From Octopus vulgaris (taxonomy: Eukaryota): a DNA stretch of 64,000 nt. Both the position numbers and the translations under genes were made by a program. The notes beneath the pieces were generated by a model that did not search any database, was not told where the DNA came from, and saw only the letters and a program-made list of their open reading frames with translations. Of the stretch, positions 40,810 through 59,016 are shown piece by piece. Each line of letters starts with the position of its first letter. Position 1 is the first letter of the stretch. Location of the stretch: contig OX597827.1 of assembly GCA_951406725.2 (NCBI GenBank), positions 63,054,001 to 63,118,000 of the forward strand, written 5' to 3'.

Positions 40810-41470
40810 AGAGGAGCGTGGCTTAGTGGTTAGGAGTGTCGGACTCATATTGGTGAGGTTGTGGTTTCAGTTCCTGGAGCGGGCGACGCGTTGTGTTCTT
40901 AAGCAAAACACTTCATGCTACGTTGTTCGGGTCCACTCAGCTGGCAAAAATGAGTAATCTTACAGTGGACCAGTGTCCAATCCAGATTGGGATTAAATAA
41001 GCCATGAAACCTTAGAAGCCGGTGGGATGCGAGAGGGTAACTTTACCACCAAGCATATTCCTGTATAAGTGTGTGTTTATGCGTGGGTCTATACATATAA
41101 ACATGCTCACATTCATATATAAATGCAAGGACATATACATAATGGAAATATATATGTGTGACGGCGCGTGGCTTAGTGGTTAGTGCATTGGACTCACGAT
41201 CATAAGGTCGTGAGGTCAATTCCAACGCGTTGTGTCCTTGAGCAACATACTTAATTTCACGTTGCTCCAGGTATAAAATTAGTAGTACCTGTATTTCGTA
41301 GGGTCAGCCTTGTCGCACTCTGTGACACGCTGAATCTCCCTGGGAATTATTTTAAGAGTATACGTGTCTGTAGAGTGCTCAGCCACTTGCACGTAAATTT
41401 CACGAACAAGCTGTTCCGTAGATCGTATCAGCTAGGACCCTCGTCGTCGTAACCGACGGAGCGCTCTTTG
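40810..41470 (+). mobile_element. Two SINE family C copies (40810-41000 partial, 41160-41470 full)
   Basis: gcgtggcttagtggttag heads and a cgtcgtaaccgacggag tail. Confidence 0.8.
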
Positions 41471-41711
41471 CATACATACATTCCTTGTATATACGGGTGC
41501 ATGAGTCGATGTATGCGTGTAATTGATTGTCTTAGAAGAAAACTGTTGACAAGAAAATATAAAGATTTATAGGAAAGGGACTTATTACTTGTTAATAGAT
41601 GATATTAATGTATATGTAAGTGTATATTTATATAAATATGTATGCACACAGATATAAAGTGATATATATAGATATACACACACATATAGTGAAAAACATG
41701 TGTATGCATGC

Positions 41712-41762
<51 letters not shown>

Positions 41763-41849
41763 ATGTACCCAAACACATACACATATATATACGTATAGAT
41801 ACGTATATGCACAGACTGTATTCGTGTGTACATATGTATGTTTGTATAC

Positions 41850-41988
<139 letters not shown>

Positions 41989-43220
41989 TTACAAATATAT
42001 ACATATGTACATTGTCATAATTCTATCCCTCGGTTCAGAAATCGTATCACCTTATCTATACGCATGCAGTATCCTTTACAATAACTATAATTATTTTAAC
42101 GTAGTGAGAAGATCATTTTGAATAGAGGTTGGATGATTCCACCCTTTTTTAACACAACATCGGATTTTCTCTGCATATAATTATTTCATAATGTGAAATT
42201 GGTCGTATTTTTTTCAAAGTCATTTTGTGTTTCTTTTTTTTTTTTGTTTTTTAATATCGATTCCATAATTAGAGACGTGATTATTTTGGTGGGGGATATT
42301 AACTATGCTACTAATCATCTGCTGCTGTATAATTTCAGTAACCTCGTCATCTGCCTTACTATAACATGTATGTATGCATGTTTGCATGTATATATATATA
42401 TATGGGCATATGCATATGCACGTATGTACATATGCATTCGTTCAAGCATATATGCATATATATATTTAAATATACATGTATATATATATATGTGTGCGTA
42501 CATATATATAAGTATTTATATATATATATATATTCCCATACATGCATACATGGGGTGTATATAATTTTGTATATGCATGCATGTACGCATATATGTGCAC
42601 GAGTATATATACAGACAAATTATATCCTCATGCATGTATGTATGTATATATATATATATATATATATATACATGCGTGTGTGTGTGTGTATGTGTGTTAT
42701 CTATATCATGTATGTACATATATATATATAGACATATATACATGTATCCACACAAGCACATACACTCATGTGTATATATTCATGTATCTCTGTCTGTCTG
42801 TCTCTCTCTTCCTCTTTCTCTCTCTCTCTCTATATATATATATATGTGTGTATATATGTATATATATATATGTGTGTGTGTATGCATAGGTATATATATA
42901 TATGCATATATATATATATATGAATGTATATGTGCATATATATATATATATACACACCCACACAACACACACACATGCACTCACGCATATATATACAAAT
43001 ATATTTATGCACATGCCAAAGTTGGTGACCTTATATCGTCGTTCCATTTTTACTAGTACTGACAACCAGACCTCACTCACACCCTTAAATTACACAGCGC
43101 TGGCTTGAAACAAAATACAATCTCATTTGATTATAATTTTTTGATATCGCTGTAATGACTTTGTGCAATGATTTCTCAAGTGCAGCAAGGACACATGAAA
43201 CACATTAAACACATCCATAG

Positions 43221-43283
<63 letters not shown>

Positions 43284-43794
43284 GATACACGCACGCCTTT
43301 ACATACATGTATACATACCCTTCACTTTCGAGATCAGTATTCACTCGTCCAGTTCCTGTACTTCCTCATTCATATAAGCAGCGAGTAAGTTCAGAAACTT
43401 ACTTCCAGCGACAAGTGTACTCTTACCTTGATTCTCAGAGTCACCATGACACAGCTTTGATTTTTATAGAACAGATATAATCCATCTGATTGGCGTCGGC
43501 ACAGCTTCCATCTTGCCAATTTCACTCCCGATGTGTGAGCCTCTCCCATCTCTGCGCAGCAACGGCAGACATGTTGAACTGCGAAGTTTTGATTGACAAT
43601 CAGACGGGTTAAACTTTCTAATCCTTGCTTCGTCCATATATATTTACACGTACTTATAGTTATATGCACACACACAGACACAGACACACACACAGATATG
43701 CACATATATATACGACGTGAAACATACAAATACATACATGCACAAACATATACACACACGTGCATATATATATATATATATATATAAACATATA

Positions 43795-44667
<873 letters not shown>

Positions 44668-44729
44668 TATATGTATGTATATATATATGCATCTGTCTCT
44701 CTCGTTCTCTCTCTACTCCGATAAATACA

Positions 44730-44788
<59 letters not shown>

Positions 44789-44992
44789 TTGCGCGCTTAC
44801 GCGTGTTTGTGTGCATGTAATTTTATTTTGGTCGTTTTATTCACTGTTGCTAAATACTTATTACATGACACAGAGAGGAAATGAAGAACAATCAGATTTT
44901 AAATATGCAAATCATGCATCATTTAATTAGACACACGTAGATAAACAGAACGTCAGCAGTTTACTTTTCTGCTTTCCGGAGAGAGAAAGAAA

Positions 44993-45011
44993 ATCATCAT
45001 CATCATCATCA

Positions 45012-45067
<56 letters not shown>

Positions 45068-45100
45068 ATTATTATTATTATTATTTATTTATTATTATTA

Positions 45101-45170
<70 letters not shown>

Positions 45171-45218
45171 TATTATTATTATTATTTATTATTATTATTA
45201 TCATTATTATTATTAATA

Positions 45219-45271
<53 letters not shown>

Positions 45272-45409
45272 TTTATCATTATTATTATTATTATCATTAT
45301 TATTATTATTATTATTATTATTTTTATCATTATTATTATTATTATTATTATTTATTATTATTATTATCATTATTATTATTATTATTATTATTATTTATTA
45401 TTATTATTA

Positions 45410-45472
<63 letters not shown>
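44993..45472. repeat. Long interrupted (ATT)n tract
   Basis: Seen directly in the sequence. Confidence 0.95.
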
Positions 45473-45476
<4 letters not shown>

Positions 45477-46064
45477 TAAGGCGGCGAGCTGGCAGGATTG
45501 TTCGCTCGCTGGATGAAATGCTTAGCGGCATTTCCTAGTTACATTTTTTATATTTTCCGTAAAGTTATCACGGGTCCAGTTAGATATTAAATCATTCTGG
45601 TAAGATATGACAAGGGGGACAACTTTTTTTTCCTATTTTGTAAATCTGAAACTACAGGTTTGAAATATTGCAAACACTTCGCTCATTAACAAGGCACAGA
45701 TGACTGGATGCAAGAATAATTGATATTTACTGCTAAAATATTAGTAACTGTCTCAATTTCGATTTTTATCCATATTTCCTTTTTGGAAAATTTGTTCTCA
45801 TAAATAACTTTATTTTACTTCATTTAACAGTTTGCTGTATTTACATATGCGTAAGAATGGCTTAGTGGTTAAACAGGTCGCTTTGCAGCCCATTGTTTCG
45901 GGTTCTGTCTCACAGCGTGGTACCTTCGACGAGTGTCTCCCACTATAGCCGCAGGCTGACCAATGCACAGGCTTCTTTCAGTTTCCGTCTACCAAATCCA
46001 CTCACAAGGCATCGGTCGGCCCGAGGCTATAGTAGAAGACATTTGCCCAAGGTGCCACGCAGTG

Positions 46065-48519
<2,455 letters not shown>

Positions 48520-49967
48520 TGCAGCCGTTATAGAGTTGCTTGTTTGACGTCGCTGATTCGACGCTGACTTACTTGACATCAGACATTTTGAACGTTTCTT
48601 CCGTTATAATGATTTTCTCATTCTCTCCTTCTTCCTTTCTCGCTTTGTTCATGTGTATAAATACGTTCCCCTTTATGTGCATAAGGAGTGGGAAAGTGTT
48701 TTTGCCAATCGCGTTCAATTAATAAAGTATAATCTCACTCTCTCTATCTCTCACCCCTCTCTCTCTATACATATATATATTTATCTATCTATCTATATTT
48801 ATGTTTATATTTGTGATCGCTCGCGTGAGTTTACCTCCAGTGCTAAAAATTACAGTCATCAAAGCAATCGTATTATTAGCGACCAAACAGCTGCACTCAT
48901 TCCTCTTATTCCACCATCTGAAATCTCATTTTAGCGTCTTAAAAAAATAATGCAACACACATTGAATAATGTCATTTTGTACATATGGACTCTAAAACAC
49001 TTAAAGAATGATGGAGGGGGTCATAAGCGAGAAGATGACAAGGCAATGAAAAAGCCTTTTGTTGGTAACGCGATCTGCTAGAAGTAGGAGCCAAATCTTA
49101 ACGTCTTTAAAAAAATGAGATATGCATTAAATAACGTCGTTTGGAGTACACTGATTCAGAAAAATAAATACTGGAGGAGAGTGATATGAATGAGAGGACA
49201 AGAAAAGGCAAGGGCCTTTTCTTGGTCAGTCGACCAACTAGAAATAACAGCCTAATCTTACATTAACTCACAGCCTACCGTCTTTAAAAACTGAGACTCA
49301 TCCAATAATGTCATTTGGGGTAGATTGACCCTGGAAAATAAAAAATGGAGAAGGGATACTGATTGCAAAGGCAAGACAATGAAGGGGCCTTTTCTTGGTC
49401 TCTCAGACTGCTAGAAATATCAACCAAATCTTACCTTCAATTAGAACCAACTGTCTTAAAAGAAAATAAGACTCATTGAATAATGTTTGTCGGCCTGAAA
49501 ATTAAAGGCAAGGTTGTCAAGTTTGGAATGTCTTTCATCATAGATCTGCTGGATCAGAGATGACATGAGACTAAACAATGATAATGTAAGAATTATTGTC
49601 ATATAGATACAAAGGGAGAACATAAAGAAAGTAGATAAACAAACAGGTGCATAAAAGGAGTTTATTTCTATTATAGTTTACCTTCTGGCAATCGCTGATA
49701 TAATTCTGCGGTGGATTTTGTGTAGGCTGATATTTTTCACACGCCTATTAGAATGGTATATCTCTGTATAACTATTTCGTTAAAATGAAAGTGAAAGTTG
49801 TGACAGGAAGAAAGTGTATAAGATTAGAAATATGGGAAAGAGAGAGATAGAGAGAGGTGGGGATGTTGATTCCTGAAAGTTGGGTAGTGGTAGAAAGACT
49901 GGCAAATATATATAGATGTATGCGTGTGTATATATATATATATATATACATGTGTGTGTGTGTGTAT

Positions 49968-50000
<33 letters not shown>

Positions 50001-50030
50001 AATATATGAAGATATGTATATAATTATATA

Positions 50031-50082
<52 letters not shown>

Positions 50083-50373
50083 AACATGTATACATATACA
50101 TGTATATACATGAATACACACACACATACATATATATATAGAGAGAGAGAGACTGACACATAAACACACACACATATATACGTATGTATTTATGTATGTA
50201 TGTATGTATGTATGTATGTATGTATGTATGCAGAGAGACAGAGAGAGAGGGAGTACTGAGCGGGAGGAAATGTGTAAAGGTATATGTTTGGTTACATGAC
50301 AGGGTGAATGTCACGTTCTCTGTAATGTTGAGACACAGCAATAGAAAAACAGCAGTGATCGGATAAGCGAAAT

Positions 50374-50413
<40 letters not shown>

Positions 50414-50871
50414 GTGGACAGAGAGAGAATGAAAGGCAGAGAGTTACACAGAGACACAGTATAGAGAGGAAGAACGAAAGGGGTGACAGAGAGGAAGTGG
50501 GCAAGAATGTTGCTTTCCTGGCATGCATGCTGGGAAACCACGTGGCTACAAATGAAGGGTATAACCAAATAAGAATAACATAGATAAACACCTCCTCACA
50601 CTCATTTGATGAATAACGAGCATGACGAATTGACATGAATTAGTGTAAATTAAGCAAATTAATGAAGAAATAAATAATTAAAAATAAATATCTGCACACG
50701 CGCAAACACACACGGACACATACATGCGCGTGAATATACATACATATATACATATGTATATATGTATATATATATATATACATATATATATATACATATA
50801 TATATATACATACATATGTATATATGTATACATATATATGTACATGTATACATATATATGTATATATGTGC

Positions 50872-50908
<37 letters not shown>

Positions 50909-50969
50909 CATTTATATACACAAATATGCACACGTATCTCTATTTATGTGTGCACATATATATATTTCT

Positions 50970-51009
<40 letters not shown>

Positions 51010-51026
51010 TTACACACTGTACAAAC

Positions 51027-51073
<47 letters not shown>

Positions 51074-51577
51074 TGACAAGCGCATAACAAACGCTGTGAG
51101 TTCCTTTGATGTGACATATAAAAGACATTGTCTGCCATGATATACCTGCAATGTTATATCGCAAAGCATGCTGGGAAAGATAGAATCGCTTTTGTTTTTC
51201 ACTTGGAGTTTTCGTCTCCATGTTTTCTGCTTTGTTTTCGCTTTCATTTTGACTGTCTTTCATGAACAGAATTTAATTCCATCTTCCAATGATATTCCAG
51301 GCGATATCTTTCAGGGTTTTTGTTCTGTAGAAGACGATATTTGTCACTATTGCTCATCACTCCGAGTTTGCACACAAATTAGCAATGTAACTACACACGC
51401 ACATTTACACACACACGCACATTCACACACACACACTGACATAGATATGCATATATGTATATATGTAAGTGTATATATGCATGTACATATCTATATATAT
51501 GCATATAAGTATAGACACACACATATATATACACTCTCATTAAAAAATATGAATATTTATATATATACACATATATA

Positions 51578-52010
51578 CCATATAAATACAATGTACATTT
51601 AAACACATTAAGGGAATCCATCATAGGAAACCTGGCACGCTAGAAGGAATAGCCAAAATCCAAAGCTATTAGGGATAAATTTCGAAGAGAATGAAAAATA
51701 AAACTTTTACCATTAATCTCCCGGACCATGTTTCTGACTTTATATTAGCAAATAAATATCAGAAACCATGGTCCAGGAGATACATGGCAAATGTTTTTAT
51801 ATGTCATTCCCTTCGAAACTAATCCCTAATAGTGGTTTCGATTTCTACTATTCCTTCTAGCGAGCCAAGTATCCCACGATGGATACCTCTTATGTGTTTA
51901 AATGTACACTGTATTTATATGAATAATATATAGTCTATTGACTAACGTTTCTACACGCTAGGCCACTGGCAGTAAAATTTTCTAAAAATTTTCTTACCCT
52001 GATATTTTTA
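51578..52010. repeat. Foldback element, long form (~340-bp imperfect palindrome plus tail)
   Basis: Arms ...tgtacattttaaacaca...ggaccatgtttctga / tcagaaaccatggtcc...tgtgtttaaatgtaca. Confidence 0.75.
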
Positions 52011-52565
52011 ATATACATATATATGTATAGATATCTATATTCATATACATATACACACACACATATATATACACATATATACATACATATACTCATACAT
52101 TGTTTTCTATGTCTATACACGCACACTTACATTGATACATACATACACAATACATTTATATATATATATGCATTAATTACGTCTAACATACACGTTTATT
52201 TATATATATGTACACACACTCACACACATACGCACACACACACATATATACATATGCTTACATATATATATATATATATATCCATGCTTGTGTTTGTTGC
52301 TCGAATGTATATGCATATATGTATATGAGTGTGTGAGTGAAAGAGAAAGAGAGAGTATGCATATGCATGTGAAAGAGTGATTTTAATGGATATTACGCGA
52401 GACTCAGTGACTGAAATTTCCAATTATGTTGGTCCTAGGATTTAGTAATTCACTGACTTAGGGCCCAATTAACAGAATATTTCCTATATTCTTGTGCTCT
52501 TAACATATTAAGGCACAAGAGGAGAAAGAGTGTCACCTTATTTGTTGTAAGCCTGTGTCTTCAAA

Positions 52566-52950
52566 TCTTTATATATAAAAGTGAAGTTGTGTGTCTGTCT
52601 CCTACGATTTAGATTCCTAACTACTCCCACATTTTGCGATGCAGTGTAACCAAAAGCGGGTATCTTATAGTCATGATTCATATCGAGCCCTTCTGGGTAT
52701 TAGCGCGCGTCTACGATTTAAAAAAGAATTTACCATCATTTTTTCCCATTTTTAATGCATTTTTTTGGTATTGTATAATGGAAGTAACTCTCTAAATATG
52801 TATTATTAAATCTCAGAACGTAAAAAGCTACAGTAACACCCCCCCTTTGTGGTTAGCCATATTGAGATGGCTATTATACTTTACATCTCTAAAAATGCTT
52901 ATATAGTTATTTCCCTTACAAACCCGAGCAACGCCGGGCGATACTGCTAG
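52566..52950 (+). mobile_element. Non-autonomous Helitron
   Basis: 5' end A|TCTTTATATATAAAA. Subterminal hairpin cccgagcaacgccggg and 3' end CTAG|T. There is no TSD. Confidence 0.85.
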
Positions 52951-53549
52951 TTACATATACAATCCATGTACCTTTTCGTAAATTTTCCGAGTATCCAATT
53001 CTAGTTATGTGCATGTGTGTATAGATGTATATATGTATGTCAATGCGTATCAATGTATATATGTATTCACATGTGTTATATATTTCTGCATATATATCAT
53101 ATTTTCACGTGCATATTCGTATGCTTATATGTATGAATGCTTCTGTACGGGTGTATAATTTTCCGATACTTCATGTATCTCGCCATGGCTTTAACATGAA
53201 CCTAATCCGACGCGCCGAGTTTCTGGAAGAAGTCTACTAAACACTAATCCGCCTGTGGCAGAATCAAACCATTTGATATATATATATATATCTCGTTTTT
53301 GGATTTGGTTTGCAAGATTCTTTATATGAGTTCGTGTGTTGAAGCATATTCTGTTGTGTCAGGGAGAGTCATTTTCTTTTTGTGCCTTATGATTTAACAC
53401 ACTCACCGGTAAAATTTCCACTTTAAAAAAATTTTTATTTTCCTAAAATTTTCGTTGCATCTTGCAGCCTTTTCAATAGTTTTGAGTCAAAACTATTATA
53501 CATGCATAAATGCATCTATATATGTGTTTACGTTCAGTGGGTGGGGGTT

Positions 53550-54070
53550 GATATTATCCTGAATTTTCCGTCATTGTCACCCAAGACCCCTATTGTTTTC
53601 TTTTTCTTGCTTTTTTTGTTATGATTATATTTAAATTTATTATTTTCACTCCCTACTTTCTGGTTATCTCCATTTCGAGATCTTTATATTATATATGGAT
53701 TCTTTCTCTTATTTCTGTCACCGATCCATTATATTGAGTTCCTGTTCGTACGCCAATCACTAGTCAATTACTTCCTTAATGGTCCTTGACAATAATATCT
53801 GGTTGATTATTCTTCATCTTTCTCTGTCCGTGTGAATTCGAATATTCTAGAGTATGGTTAATTTGTCATTTTTTGAAACCTTTTCTTTAGATATTTACGC
53901 GTTTTCTTTTCTATTGGTATTTCATAACGCTGTCGTAATCACTGATGTGTGACAGCTCTAACTTTCTCTTTCTTTCATATATATTTATCATTTGGCTAAA
54001 ATCTGAGCAATTAGAATCACAGTGATTGATTGAGAGTGGACAGCCAGAAACAATATGATTTATCGTTAGG
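53550..54070 (-). pseudogene. Degraded R4/Dong-type zinc-knuckle plus endonuclease fragment
   Basis: TINHIVSGCP...TIL*NIRIHTDR...NNQPDIIVKD...YKDLEMEITR...IGVLG. Confidence 0.7.
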
Positions 54071-54118
54071 CTCGAAAGCCGGAAAAAACGTGATTGATTC
54101 TGTGTTATTATCATTAAT

Positions 54119-55040
54119 AGGCAGCCAGCTGGCAGAATTGTTACCACGCCGGATAAATTGCTTAGCAGCATTTCTTACGGCATTTTACGCTCTAAATGCA
54201 AATAACACTAAGGTTCATTTTGACTTTCATTCTTTCGGGGTCAATAAAATAAAATATTTACTAAGCACAGGAGGTAGTGTAGTCGACTAACCCCTTTCCC
54301 CAAAAAACTGCTGGCCTTGTGCTAAAATCTGAAATGTTTAAGACGGTGAACTGGCTGAATCGTTAGCGCGACGGGCAAAATGCTTAGCGACATTTCTTCC
54401 AGTTCTTCACGTTCTGAGTTCAAAACTCATCGACTTTGCCTTTTATCATTTTGAGGTCGATAAATTAAAGTACTGGTACTTTAATTAAATTAAAGTACTG
54501 ATAAATTAAAGTACATTGGGGGTAATGTAATCGACTAAACTCTCCTCTAAATAATCCTGGTCATACGCCAAAATTTGAAACCAACGTTATAATCATTATT
54601 GTCTGGAATTGTTAAGGCATCGGACAAAAGACCTTGCGTATTTCTTTCTGTCTAATAAGGTGGCGAGCTGGCAGAATCGTTAGCACGCCGGGCGAAATGC
54701 TTAGCGGTATTTCGTCTGCGTTACGTTGTGAGTTCAAATTCCGCCGAGGTCGACTTTGCCTTTCATCTTTTCGGGGTCGATAAATTAAGTACCAGTTGCA
54801 CACTGGGGTCGATGTAATCGACTTAATACCTATGTCTGTCCTTGTTTGTCCCCTCTGCGTTTAGCCCCTTGTGGGTAATAAAGAAATAGGTATTTCTTTC
54901 CGTCGTTTATATTCTGTGTGCAAATCCCGAATATTCATCTTTGTGTCTGGTCCTTCTGATATCGGTAAAATTATGTACCAGTCAAGTACTGGAATCTTTG
55001 TAAACGTCTAACCTCTCGCCTAAATTTATAGCTTTGTGCC
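54119..55040 (+). mobile_element. Cluster of four SINE family A units
   Basis: Family A motifs at ~54119, 54341, 54658 and 54890. Confidence 0.8.
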
Positions 55041-55054
55041 AAATGTTATTTGCC

Positions 55055-55093
<39 letters not shown>

Positions 55094-55121
55094 CATCATC
55101 ATCATCATCATCATCATTATC

Positions 55122-56050
55122 ATTACCTCCGCCTTGACGAAGGCGGTGGTATTGTTTTCTATCGTGTTTGTTTGTTTGTTTGTTTGTTAGTGGACAAGAA
55201 ATCTCATGAACTGCTGGATGGATTCGGATGAAACTTTTAGGGATGCTTCGCCTCTTGACTGGCACGAACTGATTAGATTGTGGGATGGATCCGGTACCGG
55301 AAAAAGTTTCTGGATTAATTGTTATATTTACTTTACTTCACATGATTACGATCTTACGTTGACTTTCAAGTCTTTCTCATTTATTTCCCTTTAGCTGTTT
55401 CCAAAGTTTTGTTTTCGTTTCTCAATTATTAATTTTACTCGCCTCTCTGTCTTAGTAGAAACTGATGGATGCAGAAATCAAACTACATAAGCAAACGGCA
55501 ACAAAACCGTTCAGAAATTAAATAACACTAATATATTTTTATAATATATACATTATATATTATACATAAATATTAACATTTTACAGTATACTTAAATATA
55601 CACATACATCTATACATCGATCTAAAATAACAGTAATACAAAACGAAAGCCGGAATTTAAGAGAAGAGAAAACCAAAAGGTCTCATGCTATTCATTCAAA
55701 AATTCCTGAATACAATTTATTATTATTAACTCTGCTTTTGAAGCTATTTTGAATGGTGAATTTGTTATCTTTGGCTCGTATTAGATAAGGATGAACTATT
55801 TATTACCCTTACTAAATTAAATTTTCTACAGCCACTTTCACATTCCATGACTACCATTGGGATCGATTAGGTACCGAATAAGTGGCCTGGATTATTTTTC
55901 CTTAATTTTTTAATTAATTTTTGAGAGCGGTAGGGTTCATTTTTAGTATTTTCGTTTATGAGAGCTGTTATTTTAAAAATCATGTCTGGCTAATCGTTGA
56001 GAGGACGTTGGTGTTGCCTCAGAGGAAGTTTACGCTATGAGTGTTCTTGT
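55122..56050 (+). mobile_element. Helentron/DINE-1-like non-autonomous element
   Basis: 5' hairpin attacctccgcc...ggcggtggt followed by (GTTT)n. The 3' end gttgcctcagaggaagtttacgctatgagtg matches an orphan end at 30672-30725. Confidence 0.55.
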
Positions 56051-56064
56051 TATTATTTTTATTA

Positions 56065-56496
56065 CTATTGTTTTATTTTTTCCTTCTTTCTTCAAATTTT
56101 CTGGGTGTATTTTCTGTACACCTAGGGCAGAGAAGCTCATTGTATGCATTCCCAGATTACACACGCAAATTCACAGGTAAAATATGTATTTAAAAAAAAT
56201 TAATAAATAAATAAATTCATGAATGGATGTTATTTTCCTCAGTACATGAGTCGTTCCAGTTAACACGATTTTTTGCAGTTCCTGTAGGGATGGTAAGCCT
56301 GGTATCATTTTCAAATAGGTTTCAGTACCTTTTTTTCATCATTCCTAGAGATCCTAAAGTAACTAGTACTGTAGTCGCCTTGAGATGCCACATTTTTCAA
56401 TTTCTATTAGCAAGACTTTATATTTACTGATCTTGTCAAATTCTTTCTCCGCTATAGTGTGATCGCAAGGAACACTAATGTCAATTAATAAACACA

Positions 56497-56500
<4 letters not shown>
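56065..56500 (-). pseudogene. 3' end of an R4/Dong-type element
   Basis: CLLIDISVPCDHTIAEKEFDKISKYKVLLIEI...MWHLKATTVLVTLGSLG...LQELQKIVLTGTTHVLRKI. It abuts (AAT)n. Confidence 0.8.
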
Positions 56501-56538
<38 letters not shown>

Positions 56539-56560
56539 CATTATTATTATTATTATTATT

Positions 56561-56640
<80 letters not shown>

Positions 56641-56696
56641 TATTATTATCATTATTATTATCATTATTATTATCATTATTATTATCATTATTATTA

Positions 56697-56766
<70 letters not shown>

Positions 56767-56797
56767 TACTATTACTATTATTATTATTATTATGTGA

Positions 56798-57012
56798 AGC
56801 GGCAAGCTGGCTGAATCGTTAGCACGCACGATAAAATGTTCAGGGGCATTTCGTCCGCCTTTGTGTTATGTGTTCAAATTCCGTCGAGGTCTATGGTGCT
56901 TTCATCCTTTCGGGGTCGATAAATTAAGTACCAGTGAAATACTGGGATCGATGTAATCGACTAGTCCCCTCCTCAAAAACTGTAGGCCTTGTACCTTTAG
57001 ATGGAAAGATTA
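56798..57012 (+). mobile_element. SINE family A copy
   Basis: Family A head and core. Confidence 0.75.
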
Positions 57013-57539
57013 TACTAGTGTTGTTGTTGTTGTTGAAACAGCAACAATAGTTTTGGGGACGGTTATGGTGGTGGTGGTGGTGGAGGTGATAGTAGACGAA
57101 TTATATATTCCCAATCTCCTCGACGTTCGTTGCCAAATTGTAAAAATGGAAGTTCAGTCGACGAATGACGTCACACTACATACCCTGCTAAAAAGTCTGA
57201 AAAATCTTACGCTATCAGTGTTGCAACCTATAGCCTTATTGATCGGCTTTGACCTTTTCTTCGAACTATACGGTATCTTTACTGGAATAAGACTTGCCGA
57301 CATTTCTGCGAATAGGTGTCTAAGACTCATATATCATATGTCTCTGTACAGCATTGCGTTTGAGGATATGTAAGAAGCTGTTTCCATTTTAAACTTCACT
57401 CTTCGTGTTTTGTTCAGTTGTCTTTATCTTTGCTTTTTTACTTGACTGTGTCTCGACTTCTGACATTTTTCCTTTCTCCCTCTAGCTCGTATCAACTAAT
57501 TCTGTTTCCTCTACGCGCATATTAGTCCCTCTTCGTTTA

Positions 57540-57571
<32 letters not shown>

Positions 57572-57706
57572 CTTCTTCTTCTTCTTCTTCTTCTTCTTCT
57601 TCTTTTCTCTCTCTTTCTCTCTCCTTCAATATGATGTATTTTTTGTCGTTCATATCTCTCGCCGTTTCATTATATTTGTAAGCATGTATATATGTATGTA
57701 TATGTA

Positions 57707-57760
<54 letters not shown>

Positions 57761-57898
57761 TACGTGTGTGTGTGTATGTATGTATGTGTGTATGTATGTA
57801 TATATGTATCTATGTAACTTTCTATCCATTTATCTATGTGTGTTTTTCTATTTGATTCTAACTACGCAGCCACCTTAGTATCTATATCTATTTACGAG

Positions 57899-57941
<43 letters not shown>

Positions 57942-58015
57942 AATACATACTTACATACATGCATAAATATATATATATATGTGTGTGTGTGCGTATGTAT
58001 GTATATGTATATATC

Positions 58016-58062
<47 letters not shown>

Positions 58063-58663
58063 CGCTCTCTTCTGCACTCAATCTTTTAAATTCTTTCTCT
58101 GAAGAAGGAACTGGTTTCTAACAAAGATACAAAGCTCTGACACTGGAATATAGTTAACAAAGACAAATTCACATTTTAAACTTGAGAAAAGCCTTACATA
58201 GTTTTACTGTTTCACTTACAGATCATATTTATAATGTGTGAATTCGTTGGTTGATTTCCTTTTCTGAGAATCCTAGCTTATCCACTTGCACAAATTATTA
58301 ATATAAATCTGAATTTATAATCTGAATATCGACGTTGGAGCTTTCCTCCATGAATGTACATACTTTTTCTTCTCCGTACCGTCCAACAGTATCCAGCCTG
58401 TTACGTTTATACTTGATGAATGCTTTGATGACAATGTTCCACTAGTATCCCTTGTATTGATGTTTGTGTATGTATTAAATAACAGGTTTATTTTCTAATT
58501 TCCAGGAGCATCATAGCCATGTGTTGAGAGGGATTCTTTGGGGTTTGAATAATTCACCTCTGGAAACATGGGTGTTTCGTTCAACATCCTTAAACAACCC
58601 TTATTGAGGGACCTTTTGAGAGGGATGGGTTACTCGACCAGAAGAACATTCTAACTGGGCCCA

Positions 58664-58912
58664 GAAAAGTGCTTTTCTCTGCAAGTGTTCCACCTTTATT
58701 GCAGCCCGTATTTGTTACATGTACTTCTCAAGATTTTTCCTTACTGTTCCCAGGGCCCCGACAATTATTGGTGCTACTACCACCTTTCACATTGACCACG
58801 ACTACTTAAACTACCAAGCTAACCTGTATATCTATCGACTTTTCTTTCTTACTTATCGCATAACTTGTCAGCTGTACATCCTATATCTATGATCCAACAT
58901 CGTTTGCTTCGT
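58664..58912 (-). pseudogene. R4/Dong-type endonuclease fragment
   Basis: CWIIDIGCTAD...VVVAPIIVGALGTVRKNLEKY...EHLQRKAL. Confidence 0.75.
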
Positions 58913-58929
58913 GGCCCAATTAACACTAA

Positions 58930-58999
<70 letters not shown>

Positions 59000-59016
59000 A
59001 ATTTTTATTGTTCTTA

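Noticed and set aside
43391-43630. Minus-strand ORF with a strong AAG|GTAAGA donor at 43427
   Set aside because: No recognisable protein, and part of it resembles a degraded SINE B segment.
57053-57480. 106-aa ORF and a TGACGTCA (CRE) site
   Set aside because: The ORF has no recognisable domain, and an 8-mer is expected by chance in 64 kb.
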